This document shows, one piece after another, positions 1 through 8,530 of a stretch of DNA of 64,000 nt. Numbering within the stretch: the first letter of the stretch is position 1; the number at the start of each line of letters is the position of its first letter. The stretch is from Candidatus Bathyarchaeia archaeon (GTDB lineage Archaea; Thermoproteota; Bathyarchaeia; TCS64). The stretch spans positions 22,850-86,849 of the forward strand of contig JBEKDF010000009.1 of assembly GCA_050014495.1 (NCBI GenBank), read 5' to 3'. The position numbers were made by a program, and so were the translations under genes. The notes under the pieces were generated by a model. It was not told the DNA's origin, did no database searches, and saw only the letters and a list, made by a program, of their open reading frames with translations.

Positions 1-153
1 CAACTCGCTAAAGAGCTGCACAAATCACCAACGATGATCCGATTCTACGCCTGTAGAATGACCCTTGAACTTGAACTTGGTCGGCAGATGACACCTGAGG
101 AGCAACACGAACTCGCAAAATATGTCTATGAGATCCACAGGAGGGCCCGCTGA
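1..153 (+). CDS. Partial ORF (C-terminus), possible HTH protein of the integrated element
   Basis: Frame 1 is open from the window edge: QLAKELHKSPTMIRFYACR...RRAR*, with an HTH-like LAKEL.KS pattern. Confidence 0.4.
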   Translation, partial: QLAKELHKSPTMIRFYACRMTLELELGRQMTPEEQHELAKYVYEIHRRAR

Positions 154-202
154 TGCCTCAGATCCTTGACGACCTAGACGAGTTGGCGCCGCGGAGGTGT
201 GA

Positions 203-460
203 TTGAAGTCCTTGCAGGCCTACTCCCCTAAGCTGGTTCGAGTCCGATACATGGATCACGTTCTATTCAGATATGTTGATCCACGGACAGTGGGGCCAGT
301 TCTGAGGGAGGCGGTGGGTTGGATAATCGCCCAGGACGATGAGGCTGTGACCATCCTCTTCGACAGGGCCCTGGAGCTCCAGGAGCGTGAGAAGCCTGAT
401 CTGGCCTCAGGGCTCAGGATCCTGAGGAGCTGCATAAAGGAGATCGAAGAAATTGGTTGA
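203..460 (+). CDS. Small hypothetical beta-rich protein typical of archaeal mobile elements
   Basis: 85 aa, SD-like GGAGGTG upstream, no recognised motif. Confidence 0.55.
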   Translation: MKSLQAYSPKLVRVRYMDHVLFRYVDPRTVGPVLREAVGWIIAQDDEAVTILFDRALELQEREKPDLASGLRILRSCIKEIEEIG

Positions 461-655
461 TCAATCTTCTTTTCTAAAAGACACACTAGACTTTTCGACA
501 TCGACAGAGGCCGTCAATTCTTCCTGTCCTTCAATTTTTAGGATTTTTACAGCTGCGCTTGGAATAGTCACTAAGAAACTGCCCCTTTGTCGTTTCTGTA
601 CTTTGACTTTTCCCACGTCTATTTCGACCATATTCGCTACCGCTTTATCTACCAC
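461..655 (-). CDS. AbrB/MazE/SpoVT-type swapped-hairpin DNA-binding protein
   Basis: KVQKRQRGSFLVTIPSAAVKILKIEGQEEL matches the AbrB pattern. Confidence 0.75.
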   Translation of the reverse strand: MVDKAVANMVEIDVGKVKVQKRQRGSFLVTIPSAAVKILKIEGQEELTASVDVEKSSVSFRKED

Positions 656-694
656 AGAGTTAAATATAAGCCTTCATAAATTATGTGGTAGATA
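646..694. promoter_or_regulatory. 11-bp inverted repeat flanking divergent TATA-like boxes
   Basis: TATCTACCACA (646-656) and TGTGGTAGATA (684-694) around TTAAATATAAG. Confidence 0.6.
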
Positions 695-725
695 TGGCGG
701 TAGAATCAACGGTTGGTAATGATGT

Positions 726-1031
726 ATGATGAAACTCCTGTTAGATGAGAACTGCTCGAACTTGGGACCAGCCCTCAAGGAGTTGGGTTGGAGCGTCTAC
801 ACCGTTCCTGAGGTGATAGACCGGCCAGCTGGCTGTAAGAGCGTTACGGATGACAGGATCCTGGAGTTCGCTAAAGCCGAGAAGTACGTGATCATCACGA
901 AGGACCAGGGACTCAAGGACCAATGCCAGAATGCTGAAGTCCCCTATGTCGGTTTAGGAGGTGTCGAGGAGGAGGCCGGTATCGTCGACCGGAAACTCAG
1001 GAAGGTAGTAGCCTGGAAGAGGTACCTCTAG
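726..1031 (+). CDS. PIN-like domain protein (Mut7-C/VapC45/DUF5615-like)
   Basis: KLLLDEN...DDRILEFAKAEKYVIITKD acidic PIN motifs. Confidence 0.8.
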   Translation: MMKLLLDENCSNLGPALKELGWSVYTVPEVIDRPAGCKSVTDDRILEFAKAEKYVIITKDQGLKDQCQNAEVPYVGLGGVEEEAGIVDRKLRKVVAWKRYL

Positions 1032-1032
1032 A

Positions 1033-2418
1033 ATGGCCGAGTCCAAACAATTCAAAGAGATCACACTTACCCACAGCTCCCGAGGCAGGAAGCTGAGTAG
1101 GCCAATCACATTCAGGATCATAATTGCTAGGAGCCCTGGAGAAAAGGCTGTCCAGGACTACGTGATCGAGTCTTTATCCATAAAAATGCCGAGTCTGATC
1201 CCCTTCGTCTTCGAGAATAGCACCGTGGTGAATCGAGCCAAGGATCTTAAATTCCACTACATTGGGAGCCCCGCGACACTCTACCAGGACGTATATGGAG
1301 TCTATCGATTCAGTAAGTGGATAGGCCAGTCACCTGATGAGCTCTTCAAGGGATGCCTGAACAGGAAAGGTAAGCCTGATCCATCTAGACTAGACGAGCT
1401 CAAGAGACGTCTCGACGACTTCATGTGTGATCTCAAGGCGGGAAATACCGCTCCGAGTACCGTGGCCAACTACGTGAAGGGAGTAAAAGGCCTCTTCAAG
1501 TCGAACGGTGTCCCTCTTGAATTACCTTTCAGGATCAGTCGTAAGAAAGCGGAGCCGGATCATTCTCCGACCCCTGAGGAGCTTCAGCAAGTTCTTGACA
1601 TCGCTGCTCCAAGAGAGAGGGCGATCGTGAGCTTCCTAGCTCTAACTGGAGTCCGGGAGGGAACCCTTGTGAGACTCAAGTATCGACACGTTCAGCAAGA
1701 TCTCGAGGCCAGAGTTTCACCCATCCACATTCACGTTGAGGTCGATATCACAAAGGGCGAGTATGGCGCCTTCGATACCTTCCTGGCCGGTGAGGGTGTC
1801 GAGTACCTGAAGGCCTACCTTCAATCCAGGAGGGCAGGAACAGAGAAGATCCCATCCGAGGAGATCATGCCAGACTCGCCCCTCTTCAGCTGGGCCTCAT
1901 GCGGAAGGCCTCTCACAGAGTCAAGGATCCACGCCCTGGTGAGTCGCCTATACCTGAGGGCCGGGATCATCTCAAAGGCCGATAAAGGTAGAAGGTACAG
2001 GGTCAGGCCTCACAGCCTGAGGAAGTACTTCAGGACCCAGCTCGCAGCTCTATCAATCCCCACCGATCACGTTGAGTACATGATGGGCCACGTGATGAGC
2101 ACCTACAATGACGTTCAGAGCCTGGGTATCGAGAAGCTAAGAAATGAGTACGCCACAGCTGGACTCAGCATCAGGCCGAGGACCAGAGCCAGTAAGATCG
2201 AGATGGTCAAGTCGATGCTTGAGTCCATAGGGGTGTCACCTGAGGAGATGAGAGCAGCTCTAGTTAAGCCAAACAGGACCGTGATCGGCCTGGAGGATGG
2301 AGAGGCAGTTCAGCTTAAGGCTCTCCAGGGTGTCATGAAGAGAGCTCTCCTTAAGGAACTTGGTATAAATTCATGGCTAGAGAGTGGTAGCCCGGCGGAG
2401 ATTCGAACTCCGGTCTAA
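1033..2418 (+). CDS. Tyrosine recombinase/integrase
   Basis: Catalytic R (GVREGTL), K (TKG), HSLR, MMGH and Y (TYND). Confidence 0.93.
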   Translation: MAESKQFKEITLTHSSRGRKLSRPITFRIIIARSPGEKAVQDYVIESLSIKMPSLIPFVFENSTVVNRAKDLKFHYIGSPATLYQDVYGVYRFSKWIGQSPDELFKGCLNRKGKPDPSRLDELKRRLDDFMCDLKAGNTAPSTVANYVKGVKGLFKSNGVPLELPFRISRKKAEPDHSPTPEELQQVLDIAAPRERAIVSFLALTGVREGTLVRLKYRHVQQDLEARVSPIHIHVEVDITKGEYGAFDTFLAGEGVEYLKAYLQSRRAGTEKIPSEEIMPDSPLFSWASCGRPLTESRIHALVSRLYLRAGIISKADKGRRYRVRPHSLRKYFRTQLAALSIPTDHVEYMMGHVMSTYNDVQSLGIEKLRNEYATAGLSIRPRTRASKIEMVKSMLESIGVSPEEMRAALVKPNRTVIGLEDGEAVQLKALQGVMKRALLKELGINSWLESGSPAEIRTPV

Positions 2419-2460
2419 GGGTCCAAAGCCCTCCATCCTTGTCCACTAGACGACCGGGCT
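2385..2460 (-). tRNA. tRNA-Gln(TTG), CCA encoded
   Basis: Minus strand reads AGCCCGG...GAGGG-CT-TTG-GA-CCCTT...GTTCGAATC...CCGGGCT-A-CCA; TATA-like CTTAATAG lies ~25-30 nt upstream. Confidence 0.95.
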
Positions 2461-2551
2461 CCAGCATCCAATACCACGCATGACTCTATTAAGGCTTAAC
2501 CGAAGGGGCTAAACCCAAATACCTCATCCACGTCCCTAGTGACTGAATTAA

Positions 2552-2830
2552 ATGGAGTTGACCTCAAAGATGCGTGCTGGGCTTAGAGCCCGGGCGCACG
2601 GCCTTGACCCTGTGGTCCAGATTGGTAAGTTTGGTGTAACCCCTGAGGCGCTAGCAAATATAGATAAAGCATTATCTGACCATGAGCTAATAAAAATTAA
2701 GTTCATAGGATTCAAGGAAGCACGCATCGAGCTATCATCTGAGATAGCTGGTGCAACCGGTTCTATTCTCATCGATGTAATAGGTAACGTCGCCATTTTA
2801 TATCGAGTTAATCCCAGAGTGTCCGATTAA
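2552..2830 (+). CDS. yhbY: YhbY/CRM-domain RNA-binding protein
   Basis: LRARAHGLDPVVQIGKFGVT...HELIKIK...IGNVAILYR. Confidence 0.92.
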   Translation: MELTSKMRAGLRARAHGLDPVVQIGKFGVTPEALANIDKALSDHELIKIKFIGFKEARIELSSEIAGATGSILIDVIGNVAILYRVNPRVSD

Positions 2831-3094
2831 ATGACACCGCTTTTTGTATTATTCCCAAATTTCCACTTGAAGCTACGCAGATAACTTCGGCTTACTCTTC
2901 TCATGGATCCTTGATGTATTAGTGATCGCAGCCTACTCATTCCTAAACTCTTACTTTATGTTTAACCCCTTCTACATTTTCATTCCCTTCATGGTCTCCC
3001 TAGAGAATGAGAAGAATTACTAGTCCTCGTTGAACGTAGTGAGAAAAAATACACGTTTTAAGACTAGAACTACTCTACAATCCATTATTTAGGT

Positions 3095-3730
3095 TTAAGT
3101 TTCTGTTCCTTTTCCTTTTTCTGAGTTCTTGTAAGCCGTGAAAACCCTGAATCCACTACCCCTGGATGTGACTTCGATATTCCCGAAAGTTTCCTCAATT
3201 ATCCTTGATAGTGTTCTTCCACCCTTATTCGATTGAACGACTAGCTGAAAGGCTCCACCATCCACAAGGTGATTGCGGGCATTAACTATCATGGGCTTAA
3301 CGGTTGTGTCTATTCCTGCGGAAATGGGTGGGTTGGTGACTATAAGGTCAAATTTAAGTTTATTAACTGGCTTGTAAAGACTGCCCAGTCTCACAGTGGC
3401 CTTCACGCCATTGCGCCTCACATTAGCCTCAGCGAGAGAAGCCGCACGCATGTTTACATCTGTCAACCAGACTTCGAGGGAAGGATTGAGTCTCGCTGCA
3501 ACTATTCCTACGACACCATAGCCGCAGCCAAGATCGAGAGCCCTCCCTTCCTTAGGCAGTTTCATGGCCTCGATGAGGAGACGTGTCCCCGAATCTACGC
3601 GCTTGTGACTAAATACTCCTGAGTTCGTCTCGAACTCGAAATCAAGGCCTTTAAGCTTAGTTTTTATGAGACCTCTCTTATCAGGGGAGGTTGGGTTCTC
3701 GGAGAAGTAGTACTCGGACACGCTTACCAC
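3095..3730 (-). CDS. Class I SAM-dependent methyltransferase (RsmC-like)
   Basis: GVFS..VDSGTRLL, LDLGCGYG and TNPP motifs. Confidence 0.9.
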   Translation of the reverse strand: MVSVSEYYFSENPTSPDKRGLIKTKLKGLDFEFETNSGVFSHKRVDSGTRLLIEAMKLPKEGRALDLGCGYGVVGIVAARLNPSLEVWLTDVNMRAASLAEANVRRNGVKATVRLGSLYKPVNKLKFDLIVTNPPISAGIDTTVKPMIVNARNHLVDGGAFQLVVQSNKGGRTLSRIIEETFGNIEVTSRGSGFRVFTAYKNSEKGKGTET

Positions 3731-4704
3731 GTTTTAGGATAGGTACCTCTGATCATGATGACACGCTCGGGTATTGCAGCGATGCCATGCTCCTCCTTGA
3801 GTATTGTCTCGGTATTCATTTCCGCCTTCATTAGGGCGACGGCCTCATTACGCTGCGTCATTACAGCTATGAGACTCTTTGGCTCTATTCCGGATTCTAA
3901 GCGGAGTATACCGGGGACAGCGAGTTGAGCCCCCGTGCAGAGTGCCTCGACTGCGGAGTCCCTAACCCAGACATGGGGCAGGAGCGCGAGTGCCTCCTCG
4001 ACCGGGTGAAGTATATTCATCAGTGGAGCCTCATTTCCTTCTCTGTATTGGTCCATCGCATCTGCGATATCGTAGAGAGTGACTGCTTGAGACTCAGTGA
4101 ATGGGCCACTACGAATACGACGGAGCTCCTGCATGTGGGCGCCACAGCCAAGTACCTCACCAACGTCACTACAAAGTTTCCTGATATATGTCCCACTCTG
4201 GCAGGCGACCTTGAAGAGCCAGTTCCTGCCGTCGCCCTCAAGATAATCTATCCTATAGATATATCGTGTGCGGAGGCGTCTGCTCACAGCAGAACGGAGG
4301 GGCGGCCTTTGGTAGATCTCACCCTCGAACTGCTTCAGCGTTTCTACAAGGTGTTTCTCTTCTATATCCTCATGAGTACGCATTATGGCTACATACTCCT
4401 TCCCCGAGTCAAGGAGTGCCTGCACACACTTCGTGGAGTCCTCAAGGGTAACAGGAAGAACACCTGTAACTTTGGGATCGAGAGTGCCCCCATGACCAAC
4501 GTGGTCGAGTTCCATCAACTTCTTAACCCAAGCTACAACCTCATGGCTCGTAGGACCAGGTACTTTGTCGACGATAACAACGCCTCGTTTGAGCATCTGC
4601 TGGAGATTCCTCTCTTCGGTTGGAATGCCAAGGCTGGTATTGGGCTCCTCTTCAGCGCGTGTGTAGATGGTCCGTTTTATCTCCCAGGCAGGTTGCTCCG
4701 GCAT
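3724..4704 (-). CDS. cbf5: H/ACA pseudouridine synthase Cbf5
   Basis: GPTSHEVV, GHGGTLDPKVTG, YQRPP, GTYIRKLC and a PUA domain. Confidence 0.96.
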   Translation of the reverse strand: MPEQPAWEIKRTIYTRAEEEPNTSLGIPTEERNLQQMLKRGVVIVDKVPGPTSHEVVAWVKKLMELDHVGHGGTLDPKVTGVLPVTLEDSTKCVQALLDSGKEYVAIMRTHEDIEEKHLVETLKQFEGEIYQRPPLRSAVSRRLRTRYIYRIDYLEGDGRNWLFKVACQSGTYIRKLCSDVGEVLGCGAHMQELRRIRSGPFTESQAVTLYDIADAMDQYREGNEAPLMNILHPVEEALALLPHVWVRDSAVEALCTGAQLAVPGILRLESGIEPKSLIAVMTQRNEAVALMKAEMNTETILKEEHGIAAIPERVIMIRGTYPKTW

Positions 4705-4965
4705 GACTTATCCCCACGTGAATCCATGCCCAGGTCTATAAGCATGGCGCATCTTGAGTAGATGGTCAGTACGAACGCGAAAACTTCACTAATTGTACCA
4801 GTTTATTCGTTCATTACTTAATTTCTAAAATATAATATAAAAATAACTGCCAATCTCTTCATTGTTGTCTACTTTCACATAACAAAGTTCCCCTCTTATT
4901 AGGGATGGTTTATTTCTATGTGAAGAATGGATGTGTTAAGCAGTCGTTAACTCAACGGTGTATGA

Positions 4966-6180
4966 ATGGTCCAAACCCAAAAAGCGTCGGTCGACGCTGT
5001 CCGTAGGCTTCAGCTAGAGAAACAAGGGATAGGCGAGCTACCAAAGAGTACGACAAAGAAGAGGATAGAAGAAACCCTAGGACGCCTCGGCTGTGTTCAG
5101 ATAGATACGATAAATGTCGTGGAGCGTGCCCATTATCTTACCCTTTGGAGTAGGCTAGGACAGTATAAAAAGAGTGATCTGTACTCCCTCGCTTACGAGG
5201 ATAGACTTGTTTTCGAGGGGTGGGGTCACGCCATGTGTTATATGCCCATGGACCATTGGAGGTTTCTAATCGCTGCTAACCAGGATAGAGCTAAAAACAG
5301 GGTCTTACACACAGGCTGGTTCAGCCAAGTTGATCCGAACATAGTCGACTTAGTCCTGAACAGGGTCAGAAGGGAGGGACCGTTGGGGAGCTCCGCCTTT
5401 GAGGGGAAGAAGCCGATAGGAGGCTGGTGGGGATGGAAACCTGCGAAGCGAGCCCTCGAGGCTCTATTCAGCTCAGGCGACCTCATGGTGACACGTCGAG
5501 ATGGCTTTCAGAGAATATACGATCTCACTGAAAGGGTGCTCCCAAGTTGGGTGGACACCTCCGAGCCTACTGAGGATGAGCGGACCAAGTTCTTCGTAAC
5601 TCGAACACTCGCCTCACTCGGTGCCACAAAACCCGTCGATATTAAATCCTATTATCAAACATGGTGCGTCAAGCTTGGGTTGACCACTAAGCAGATTAAA
5701 GCACTCCTTGACGGACTCGTGGAAAAGGATCTCGCTACAAAGGTGAGCATCGAAGGAATCCGGACACCGTACTACTGCCTCGTCGAAGATGCGGTTAGGT
5801 TGGATGAGCTGGATAGAGACTGGAGCTACGGAGATGTACACCTAATAAACTACTTCGACAGCCTCCTCTGGCATTCCGATAGGCTTGTAACACTCTTCGG
5901 ATTCGAGCGTGTACTCGAAGTCTATCTGAAACCCGAGGACCGAAAATTTGGCTACTTCACAATCCCCATACTCTATGGGGACAAGCTTATTGGGCGCCTG
6001 GACCCGAAATTGGAAAGAAAGGAGAAGAAGCTTATTTTAAGGGGCCTTTGGTATGAGGCTGGCTTCAAGCCAGACGAAGTTTACAATAACGAGTTCGACA
6101 AGACGTTAAACGACTTCGCTCGTTTTAATGGTGCAGAGAAGATTGAGTGGCAGTTGAAAAAAGTGCCTACTTCTGCTTGA
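4966..6180 (+). CDS. YcaQ/AlkZ-family crosslink-repair DNA glycosylase
   Basis: VQIDTINVVERAH (QxD), LWSRLG, RKFGYF.IPILYG..IGRLD. Confidence 0.88.
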   Translation: MVQTQKASVDAVRRLQLEKQGIGELPKSTTKKRIEETLGRLGCVQIDTINVVERAHYLTLWSRLGQYKKSDLYSLAYEDRLVFEGWGHAMCYMPMDHWRFLIAANQDRAKNRVLHTGWFSQVDPNIVDLVLNRVRREGPLGSSAFEGKKPIGGWWGWKPAKRALEALFSSGDLMVTRRDGFQRIYDLTERVLPSWVDTSEPTEDERTKFFVTRTLASLGATKPVDIKSYYQTWCVKLGLTTKQIKALLDGLVEKDLATKVSIEGIRTPYYCLVEDAVRLDELDRDWSYGDVHLINYFDSLLWHSDRLVTLFGFERVLEVYLKPEDRKFGYFTIPILYGDKLIGRLDPKLERKEKKLILRGLWYEAGFKPDEVYNNEFDKTLNDFARFNGAEKIEWQLKKVPTSA

Positions 6181-6943
6181 TTGTGCGGGTAGTGAGTTTG
6201 GGCTCACCACGGATAACCTTGACCATCTCAACGGCTTCTTTCACAGCTTCATCCTCGCCATCGAGGAGGAATATCTTGGCCCCCTCAGCTCCGTCAATTC
6301 CTCCGCCGCCGATTGGGACAACATCGACTCCGAAGAGCTCCTTGAATGCCTCCATTTCGGTGATTATATAACCGCCTATGACCATTATTCCACACTTTAC
6401 GTCTAGAGCAGTATCAATCTTCATGATGCCCATTCTATTAACAGCGTCTGTAAGGTTGATTGGTACGAGCTTCTCTAGGCCCGCGGCGATTATTGTTGTT
6501 ATACCGTTACTTGTGAGGTAACCCCAGGCTGCTCCTATCGTGCCCCCACCGATTCCTCCGAGGAGGATACCAGCCTGACCAAAGGGATCGATAGCGTTGG
6601 CGCCCTTGATGAAGACATCACCCGGCCCCATCTCCTTGAGAATGTCGGGGAGTTCGGGTACCTTAACTGTCTTCACCTTTCCCTTCTGGATGACCGTGTG
6701 GTCACCGCGTCCTTTTGCCTCAGTTATTTGAAGCCCATCCTTAGTGACGACACCAGCAGTAAACATCCCCTTTTCCTTAATCTCCTTCCCCAGGAGTTCC
6801 TCGAGAACATAGGCGTTAGTCGTGCTCGTGGCAATTATGACCGTGCCATTCTCCTTTGCGAGTTTGACGATCTCCATGTGACCTATCGCTTTAGCGATGA
6901 GTCTCTTCCCTTCTGAGGGGGTGAGAACTACCTCAGCTAACAA
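6167..6943 (-). CDS. Conserved hypothetical protein (NagB/RpiA/CoA-transferase-like fold)
   Basis: LTPSEGKRLIAK, DVFIKGANAID and GGTIG are conserved-looking motifs. Confidence 0.6.
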   Translation of the reverse strand: MLAEVVLTPSEGKRLIAKAIGHMEIVKLAKENGTVIIATSTTNAYVLEELLGKEIKEKGMFTAGVVTKDGLQITEAKGRGDHTVIQKGKVKTVKVPELPDILKEMGPGDVFIKGANAIDPFGQAGILLGGIGGGTIGAAWGYLTSNGITTIIAAGLEKLVPINLTDAVNRMGIMKIDTALDVKCGIMVIGGYIITEMEAFKELFGVDVVPIGGGGIDGAEGAKIFLLDGEDEAVKEAVEMVKVIRGEPKLTTRTIKQK

Positions 6944-7205
6944 GTTTAATCCTCCGATTCTTATGGTAGCCTCCGAGGGTTCTGTTTAAAAACTTAGCTA
7001 AACTAAGGAGGGTTTAACGGCAGCTATAAACCGCTATGACTAGGTAAAGGACTCATAATACGTAATTCGAATAATAATATCACATATTACGGTGATGGAC
7101 TGGACGGAATCGTAGGCTTATTGATGAATACTGGAAATGACACTCCTGACCTTTGGGGTTTTTAACTGGTGCTTGTAAAGTAGTGCAGGATACAACACAT
7201 TAGCG

Positions 7206-8003
7206 TTATACTACGCTTTCCTCCGAGAGGGCCTCAGCGAAGATCTCACCGAAATTTGTAAGGCTGATGACCTTCATTTTGCTCCCCTTCTCAGCATCTA
7301 TAAGCCCCTTCATCTCGAGCTTAGTCACTATGCGACTGAACTTGTTACGGAGTGTACTTGATGCTGCTTTATTACCAAACCAACGAATTATATCGCTGAT
7401 GGATTCCGCCTCGCCACCATTCTCACGTAATAAAATAAGGAGTTTTTTCTCCCTCTCCCACTCCTTCTCCTCGTGCTTTGTATTAGGCTCGAGGCGATAG
7501 CCGGGAAGCTGTATCTCCTTGGGTTCCTTGCTGCTTTGATTGCGGGCGTTCTCGAACCACTTCTCAAATTGGGGATCTCCGACCTTACCAGTGACGTACC
7601 AAGCAGATTTCTCTGGTGGAACACTATAAACTCGGGCGTTTCTGAACATTAAAGCAACGGTAAGTGCGACCCCCTGCGAAATATCGGTTGTACTTGTGAC
7701 ATCGATGAGAACCTCCTCACCACTGGCCCTCGCCTTGCTAACGACGCCGTAGATCGCCTTGAATGCACTCCTATGATCCATGGGATCAAAGCCCAGCATC
7801 TCGGGATCGAGAATTTCGAGTTTATCGCGGAGCTCCTCAGCGTTTTTCTGGCTCATATAGCTAAAGACTGCGGTCTCGTCGGTGGCCTTAGCGTTACTGT
7901 ATAGAAGATATAGCTTGGTTATGCCGTGGTGTTTGCTCCAATAACGGATACCATCGAAGGGTCGGCGGAAGTGTGTGCCCACTAGACAGACTATGATTGT
8001 CAT
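7206..8003 (-). CDS. CARF-like (DUF6293/Csa3-like) plus winged-helix transcription regulator
   Basis: Rossmann-like N-terminus (IIVCLVG, KLYLLY, VLIDVTSTT) and C-terminal wHTH (SISDII...LEMKGLI...ISLT.FG); start taken at ATG 8003. Confidence 0.7.
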   Translation of the reverse strand: MTIIVCLVGTHFRRPFDGIRYWSKHHGITKLYLLYSNAKATDETAVFSYMSQKNAEELRDKLEILDPEMLGFDPMDHRSAFKAIYGVVSKARASGEEVLIDVTSTTDISQGVALTVALMFRNARVYSVPPEKSAWYVTGKVGDPQFEKWFENARNQSSKEPKEIQLPGYRLEPNTKHEEKEWEREKKLLILLRENGGEAESISDIIRWFGNKAASSTLRNKFSRIVTKLEMKGLIDAEKGSKMKVISLTNFGEIFAEALSEESVV

Positions 8004-8245
8004 ATTACACCCGGCTTTCTTTGAATCTTTTACGGAATGTAACCTTGTATGATTCAATATATAAACTATTGTAGATATTTGGTAAAATATATATATTATT
8101 ATATATATTTGGGACAATCCTATATTATAAAGGATAAAAGCGAATTGTCCCCAAATTCGTTATTCGGAGTATTATGAATTAAACGATTACGTTCTTATAG
8201 CCCACGAGTCTTGCATGCTACTATCTAGCTTAGCGATCTCCATCG

Positions 8246-8530
8246 GTGATGTTTGGAATGAGTGCATCGAACTCCGTCGCGAGGGTTTTCTCCCTTCCTA
8301 ATTGCAAAAAATGTGAGCAGTTAAAGGAGTGGATGAAGGAGTGTCATGTGCCCTTCGAAGCGAAGTGGTTTGACACGGAGGCACAGACAGAGTTTGTAAT
8401 GAGAAACATGTTCGGGAACCCACCTATACTCGAGGTGGGGAAGCGATGTGTGTCGTCGGAGGAGATGTTTCCCGGCGGGGTGCTAAGCGAGGGCATAGTG
8501 AGGGATTTGCTGAATGTTAAAGAGGGGTAG
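8246..8530 (+). CDS. Glutaredoxin/NrdH-like redoxin
   Basis: FSLPNCKKCEQLK CxxC motif and cis-Pro PPIL; overlaps the nrdD start. Confidence 0.85.
   Translation: MMFGMSASNSVARVFSLPNCKKCEQLKEWMKECHVPFEAKWFDTEAQTEFVMRNMFGNPPILEVGKRCVSSEEMFPGGVLSEGIVRDLLNVKEG

Larger units (their letters stand above)
1..2418. mobile_element. Right end of an integrated element (provirus/ICE) at tRNA-Gln
   Basis: Tyrosine integrase overlaps the tRNA 3' end and is preceded by small overlapping ORFs, an AbrB-like gene and a PIN gene; the left end lies outside the window. Confidence 0.75.

Noticed and set aside
3925..4761. 278-aa + strand ORF and the many other antisense or overlapping ORFs in the track
   Set aside because: Shadows of well-supported genes on the other strand or frame
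7091..7150. Possible box C/D sRNA (TTGATGA...CTGA)
   Set aside because: Box spacing does not fit two 10-12 nt guides
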